From an uncultured Anaerolineaceae bacterium (GTDB lineage: Bacteria > Chloroflexota > Anaerolineae > Anaerolineales > E44-bin32), in NCBI GenBank assembly GCA_964492745.1, contig CAZBLT010000001.1, positions 3,325 to 67,324 of the forward strand: DNA of 64,000 bases, given 5' to 3'. The translations under genes and the position numbers were made by a program. Below, in pieces: positions 60,160-64,000 of this stretch (position 1 is the first letter of the stretch; each line of letters starts with the position of its first letter). The notes under the pieces are model-generated. The model worked only from the letters and a program-made list of their open reading frames with translations. It searched no databases and had not been told where the DNA came from.

Positions 60160-61114
60160 GATCGAGAGTGGGCATGCTCCGCATCGCAGGGGTGGCGCTG
60201 GCCAAAGCAGTCAATGGATGCGCGAAGAGCGCCTCTCGGAAGGCCTTAATTGATGGCGGCCGCTCGTCTGGGTGGAGGGACATGGCCCAGAGCACAGCAT
60301 GCTCCACAACAGCAGGAATGCGCGGGTTGAGCTCCCGCGGGGGCGGAAGCGAGCCGGGCTGGAGGAAGCGCTGCTTGGCCTCGATCGGAGGCGTGTTGGT
60401 CAGCAAATGGTAGAGAGTTGCGCCGAAGGCGTAAATGTCGCTGCGGGCATCGGTGTGGCCATCGTCGCCACCATATTGCTCGAGGGGTGTATACAAAGCC
60501 GTGCCCCGGCCCTGAATAACCGTAATGGTCATTTCTTCTGGCAGGCTCTGTTTGACCAATCCAAAGTCAACCAGCTTGAGCAAGCCCTGGGGTGTTAGCT
60601 TGAGATTGCTGGGCTTGATATCACGGTGAATGACGGGCGGATCCTGTTCGTGCAGGTACTCGAGCGCCGCTGCCAGCTGGCGTGCCCAGGCGAGGACATC
60701 TTGGACGGGAAGGAAGTTCCCTTTGCGGCGGGCGCGATTCATCAAAGTCTTCAGATCATCACCTGGCACAAAATCCATCACGAGGTAGTCGGACGCGCCC
60801 TCGGCAAAGTAATCTGATACTTTGGGTAGATTCGGATGGTCGAGCCGCGCGAGCACCGAAGCCTCGCGGTGGAACTGCTCTCGGGCCTGGGAGACGAGGT
60901 CATTAGGAAGGTCGGGGTCTTGGTGGACTTCCTTAATCGCGCATTGGCGGCCGCGAAGGCGATTGTCCTCCGCCAGATAGATAGAGCCCATGCCGCCGCG
61001 GCCGATCGTTTGGCGAATAACGTATCGCTCCCGAAGAATGTGGCCGGGCTGAAGCGGTGCTGGCACAGAATCCCTCTTCTCCAAAGGGGCGGGGGCGCTA
61101 GGCGATGGAGGCAC
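60080..61114 (-). CDS. Ser/Thr protein kinase (Hanks type) with C-terminal TM anchor
   Basis: GRGGMGSIYLA, CAIKEV, HRDIKPSNLKL, DFGLVK. Tail LLGLTGALLLMALIGSLI. Confidence 0.9.
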   Translation of the reverse strand: MPPSPSAPAPLEKRDSVPAPLQPGHILRERYVIRQTIGRGGMGSIYLAEDNRLRGRQCAIKEVHQDPDLPNDLVSQAREQFHREASVLARLDHPNLPKVSDYFAEGASDYLVMDFVPGDDLKTLMNRARRKGNFLPVQDVLAWARQLAAALEYLHEQDPPVIHRDIKPSNLKLTPQGLLKLVDFGLVKQSLPEEMTITVIQGRGTALYTPLEQYGGDDGHTDARSDIYAFGATLYHLLTNTPPIEAKQRFLQPGSLPPPRELNPRIPAVVEHAVLWAMSLHPDERPPSIKAFREALFAHPLTALASATPAMRSMPTLDLSHPLDRVLLGLTGALLLMALIGSLI

Positions 61115-61214
61115 GCCCTCGGCGTGGACGATGGCCCCGAAGTCGTCCAGAGCGCTGCTCCAATATTTGGATTATACTCCTGTCGGCCAAAGTGCGTTAG
61201 GGCAGGGCGGCTCC

Positions 61215-61877
61215 ATGCGTGACCGGGCAGAAGAAATTCCTTTCCTGATAGCGCCCACAGGGGAGCTTCGCGGAGAGCGATGGCCTCTCCACAAGGAGGA
61301 ATTCATCATCGGCAGGGGGCCTGACTGTGATTTGGTTGTGCCCAACCGTCAGGTCTCCCGTCATCATGCAATCATCCGCAAGCATGGAACGAGTTATTTC
61401 ATAGAAGACCTAGGGAGCAAGAACGGCACCTATTTGAATGGCAAGCCGGTGGAAGCGCCAGCGGCATTGCAGGATGGTGATGAGATTCAGATAGCGCTGG
61501 CAATTACGCTGAGTTTTGTGGGATCGGAGGCGACTCTGCCGCTCTCGCTCGGCGAGGTGGCTCAGCTCGGCCTGGGCCGCTTGCGCATGGAGTTTCAGGC
61601 GCATCGGGTTTGGCTGGGCGACGTGGAGCTGGATCCGCCACTCTCGCCGCCGCAATTTAGATTGCTCGAATTGCTCTATCGCAATATGGATAGAGTTGTT
61701 TCCCGGGAGGAGATCGCCGAGTATGTCTGGCCCGGCACGCATGGCGTAGGTGTGTCGGATCAGGCAATCGACGCCCTGGTGCGGCGCTTGCGCGACCGAT
61801 TGGCCGAAGCGGACCCTGGCCAGGATTACGTTGTGACCGTGCGCGGGCACGGATTCCGCCTGGAAAATCCGATCTAG
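61215..61877 (+). CDS. FHA domain fused to OmpR/PhoB-type winged-helix DNA-binding domain
   Basis: ORF 61131..61877 trimmed to ATG 61215. FHA: IIGRGPDCDLVVPNRQVSRHHAII...DLGSKNGTYLNG. C-terminal: LSPPQFRLLELLYRNMDRVVSREEI...VVTVRGHGFRL. Confidence 0.85.
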   Translation: MRDRAEEIPFLIAPTGELRGERWPLHKEEFIIGRGPDCDLVVPNRQVSRHHAIIRKHGTSYFIEDLGSKNGTYLNGKPVEAPAALQDGDEIQIALAITLSFVGSEATLPLSLGEVAQLGLGRLRMEFQAHRVWLGDVELDPPLSPPQFRLLELLYRNMDRVVSREEIAEYVWPGTHGVGVSDQAIDALVRRLRDRLAEADPGQDYVVTVRGHGFRLENPI

Positions 61878-61900
61878 CGAGAGGGCATGCGCCGCAAATC

Positions 61901-61932
61901 AAACGGGCTGCCCCCTTCTTGGCAGCCCGTTT
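61901..61932. terminator. bidirectional stem-loop between the FHA-wHTH gene and ssrA
   Basis: AAACGGGCTGCC-CCCTTCTT-GGCAGCCCGTTT, a 12-bp stem with A/T flanks. Ends 6 nt from the tmRNA 3' end. Confidence 0.7.
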
Positions 61933-61938
61933 GCGCTT

Positions 61939-62336
61939 TGGTGGAGATGGCGGGAATCGAACCCGCGTCCGAAGGCTTCCGTCTACAAGCATCTACAAGC
62001 ATAGTCGTTCGTTGGTTCTCGCCATCCGAGGTACGAGCGACAGAACCTGCGGATGACCAGCTGCTGAGGCCCTAAGGCCCCGCTTAGGCAGAGGTCACAG
62101 CCTCCCTCAGCCGCAGCCCGTCCATTCTGACGCCATGACCTGCGCCGGTCGGGCGATACGCAGGGTGGCGGGCCCCTGGCATAGGGGCCGCAGGCTATCG
62201 GTCTCTGCTAGGCAGCTACCGGCAGCGCTGCAAAGTCAGTGCTTTTGGCACTTTTTGGTTCCGCTGATTTTACGAGGTCGGCGGCTCTCGGCTTGCAGCT
62301 TGCGACGCTCCACCTCCGTCGAAACCTTTCATCCCC
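61939..62336 (-). ncRNA. ssrA: tmRNA (SsrA), one-piece, CCA encoded
   Basis: Reverse strand begins GGGGATGAAAGGTTTCGACGGAGGTGGAGCG. It ends GGACGCGGGTTCGATTCCCGCCATCTCCACCA, the tRNA-Ala-like acceptor and T arm. 398 nt. Confidence 0.95.
62208..62249 (-). other. predicted tmRNA tag reading frame
   Basis: GCC AAA AGC ACT GAC TTT GCA GCG CTG CCG GTA GCT GCC TAG encodes AKSTDFAALPVAA, with a hydrophobic ..VAA end typical of degradation tags. The resume codon was chosen by eye. Confidence 0.6.
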
Positions 62337-62345
62337 GTCATTCGC

Positions 62346-62354
62346 ATTATACCA
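62346..62354 (-). promoter_or_regulatory. extended -10 element (TGgTATAAT) of ssrA
   Basis: Reverse-strand TGGTATAAT ends 9 nt upstream of the mature tmRNA 5' GGGG. Confidence 0.55.
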
Positions 62355-62371
62355 CAAAGCGAGGCCGATAA

Positions 62372-62444
62372 TGCGCATAGCCATATTGATAAAATTATAT
62401 TTTCATTTGTCATATTTTCACAAAATAGCTAAAGGCTATGCGCA
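62372..62444. repeat. 11-bp inverted repeat flanking a 51-nt AT-rich island
   Basis: TGCGCATAGCC (62372-62382) pairs with GGCTATGCGCA (62434-62444). The spacer has 8 G/C out of 51 nt in a genome of about 60% GC. Confidence 0.8.
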
Positions 62445-62452
62445 ATTTGTGG

Positions 62453-63232
62453 TCACCATTGCGCGCCCGGGAAGGTCTCAACTCCACCGTGCTCTCCTAT
62501 GACTTTGTACATTGTGACTTGCGTGAAGGGGTGGCCAAGGATACCGTCGTGGATCGCCCAGCTTCTGCCTCGAATAGAGGCATGAAACCGGGGCCTACGG
62601 AATGGGGTGGAGCCGTCAAGTTGCGCATTGAGATCCCCGCCAGGGCAAAAGCCGGCATGGATGCGGTCCATCAGCCTGCGGCCAACCTGGTACCGAAATC
62701 CATAGCGTTCAAAGATAATGGCGTTGTGATAGTAGAGCGGCTCTGTAAAGTACACGGTATGTCCCAGCGAGCGCACGAATTCCTCGAAGGCATCGATCGA
62801 ATGCTGAAGCATTCGCAGACCCCGCCGTACTTGCCCGGGCGCCAGCCCTGCCTCCATCGCTGCTTGTTCGGCCTTGATGTTTCTTTGAAAGGTCCCAAAT
62901 TCGGTGGGGCTGCCGTCTGGTAGGCGGTCTACGTCAAATCTGGGAGATTCGGGGTCGTTGACAATGTAGAGCAGAACATGCACTTGTCCATTGACAGTAT
63001 CGGTCAGATGCGCATAGAGCAGGGGATCCTGTGCTCCATACTCGTGCCGGAGGTCCACGACTACGTCCGTGGCGCCGGGCTTGCAGCGCAGTTCCAATAG
63101 GGGTCTTCCAAACGCGTCTTTGAAATCTGGCGCTATCCCAAATCTCTGAAGAAGCTGCCGTGGAATGAACCGGCTGTAGATACGCAGCTTGTCTTCCTCA
63201 GGCATTTGATTGATGGCTGCGATGGAATACAT
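62453..63232 (-). CDS. hypothetical protein between smpB and ssrA (no family recognised)
   Basis: 259 aa. The ATG lies 2 nt after the smpB stop (TAGgcATG), with GGAGG inside the smpB 3' end. Coding-like composition. The segment GQVRRGLRMLQHSIDAFEEFVRSLGHTVYFTEPLYYHNAIIFERYGF loosely resembles a GNAT motif A/B region. Confidence 0.65.
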   Translation of the reverse strand: MYSIAAINQMPEEDKLRIYSRFIPRQLLQRFGIAPDFKDAFGRPLLELRCKPGATDVVVDLRHEYGAQDPLLYAHLTDTVNGQVHVLLYIVNDPESPRFDVDRLPDGSPTEFGTFQRNIKAEQAAMEAGLAPGQVRRGLRMLQHSIDAFEEFVRSLGHTVYFTEPLYYHNAIIFERYGFRYQVGRRLMDRIHAGFCPGGDLNAQLDGSTPFRRPRFHASIRGRSWAIHDGILGHPFTQVTMYKVIGEHGGVETFPGAQW

Positions 63233-63234
63233 GC

Positions 63235-63702
63235 CTAGGACCGCCCCCTCCGCGCAAGCGCTCTATCCATGTCTCGCTGGGCAGCTTTCTCCGCCAACTC
63301 GCGCCGTTTGTCGTACTTTCTCTTTCCACGAGCTAGAGCGATCTCCAGCTTTGCACGCCCCCGCCTGAGATACATCCGCGTGGGAATGATCGTATAGCCG
63401 CGCTGCCGCACCCGGTCATAGAGCCGCTGGATTTCACGCTTGTGGAGCAGTAGCTTCCGGCGCCTGCGCGGTTCGTGATTGAAGGAGCTGGCGGCCTGGT
63501 ATGGAGCTATGTGCGCATTCACCAGCCACGCTTGCTCACCGTCGACTTCCACATGCGCCTCTTTCAGGCTGACCTGCCCGACGCGAATCGATTTGATTTC
63601 TGTTCCGCGCAACGCGATCCCCGCCTCGAGCCGGTCCTCGAGGTGGTAGTCATGCGCGGCTTTTCGGTTCCTGGCAACGACTTTCACGCCCTCGTCGCTC
63701 AT
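63235..63702 (-). CDS. smpB: SsrA-binding protein SmpB
   Basis: ORF 63235..63813 trimmed to ATG 63702 (GGAGG 4 nt upstream). NRKAAHDYHLEDRLEAGIALRGTEIKSIR, LLLHKREI and a basic C-terminal tail. Confidence 0.93.
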   Translation of the reverse strand: MSDEGVKVVARNRKAAHDYHLEDRLEAGIALRGTEIKSIRVGQVSLKEAHVEVDGEQAWLVNAHIAPYQAASSFNHEPRRRRKLLLHKREIQRLYDRVRQRGYTIIPTRMYLRRGRAKLEIALARGKRKYDKRRELAEKAAQRDMDRALARRGRS

Positions 63703-63865
63703 GCTGCCTCCGGACATCCTTGGCACTTTGGAGATGGCAAGATCCTTTGGTCCGATTGTAGCACGCCAGGGGGGTACATATATCATGCTTGCGCCGCCAG
63801 GGCAGGCTTGCAATAATCATAGTGTTCCGTGCCAACCAGGAATTCGGCCGAACAGCGCGAGGAAA

Positions 63866-64000
63866 ATGATCCCTAAAACGAAGAAGGATACGGACCCTGA
63901 GAGGGATGCCGAACGCGTGACCCTCATGGTCGTGGAGGACGACCCTGCCATGCTGGTTGCCTTCAGGGATGTCCTGGAAGGCGCGGGGTTCAGTGTCATC
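63866..64000 (+). CDS. response regulator receiver domain (N-terminal fragment, continues beyond the window)
   Basis: My translation from ATG 63866: MIPKTKKDTDPERDAERVTLMVVEDDPAMLVAFRDVLEGAGFSVI, the typical receiver beta1-alpha1. Confidence 0.7.
   Translation, partial: MIPKTKKDTDPERDAERVTLMVVEDDPAMLVAFRDVLEGAGFSVI

Noticed and set aside
61982-62001. Tandem duplication of a 10-mer (TCTACAAGCA x2) inside the tmRNA gene.
   Set aside because: There are only two copies, inside a structured RNA, probably in a 3' pseudoknot region. I cannot show that it is more than local helix sequence or a slippage event.
62371-62502. 44-aa + strand ORF (MRIAILIKLYFHLSYFHKIAKGYAQ...) inside the AT-rich island.
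   Set aside because: It is a by-product of AT-rich sequence. It runs antisense into the 3' end of the 259-aa gene and has no RBS.

Overview
High-GC (about 60% by eye), densely coding bacterial chromosomal segment: about 60 CDS, one tRNA-His(GTG) and one tmRNA (ssrA). I saw no transposase, integrase, phage genes or CRISPR array. All protein calls come from reading the supplied translations against remembered family motifs; no searches were run.

Most genes are housekeeping: dprA, topA, greA, eno, mnmA, a cysteine desulfurase, hisS, selB, fmt, recJ, smpB, rseP and nnr. Metabolic and envelope genes are interspersed: an aldehyde:ferredoxin oxidoreductase (AOR), a GMC oxidoreductase, glpAB, hutH, a mevalonate-type decarboxylase, a GH3 enzyme, an L,D-transpeptidase and an ABC-2/NEW3 exporter. 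The gene content suggests a Chloroflexota-like organism to me, but that is a weak inference.

Loci that deserve a second look:
1. 39192-43968: an orphan trio of complex-I/Mrp-type antiporter-like membrane proteins whose usual channel lysines appear substituted. It sits directly upstream of an all-coiled-coil protein and selB.
2. 62453-63232: an unrecognisable 259-aa gene wedged between smpB and ssrA. An 11-bp inverted repeat around a 16% GC island lies just upstream of ssrA.
3. 54280-57236: an operon of an AAA+ ATPase, a GDPD phosphodiesterase and an orphan CoA-transferase beta-like protein that appears to lack the catalytic Glu.
4. 60080-61877: a Ser/Thr kinase divergent from an FHA-winged-helix regulator.
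5. 21177-24073: a signal-less M23 peptidase fused to a glycosidase-like barrel, downstream of radC.

None of these is proven novel from sequence alone.
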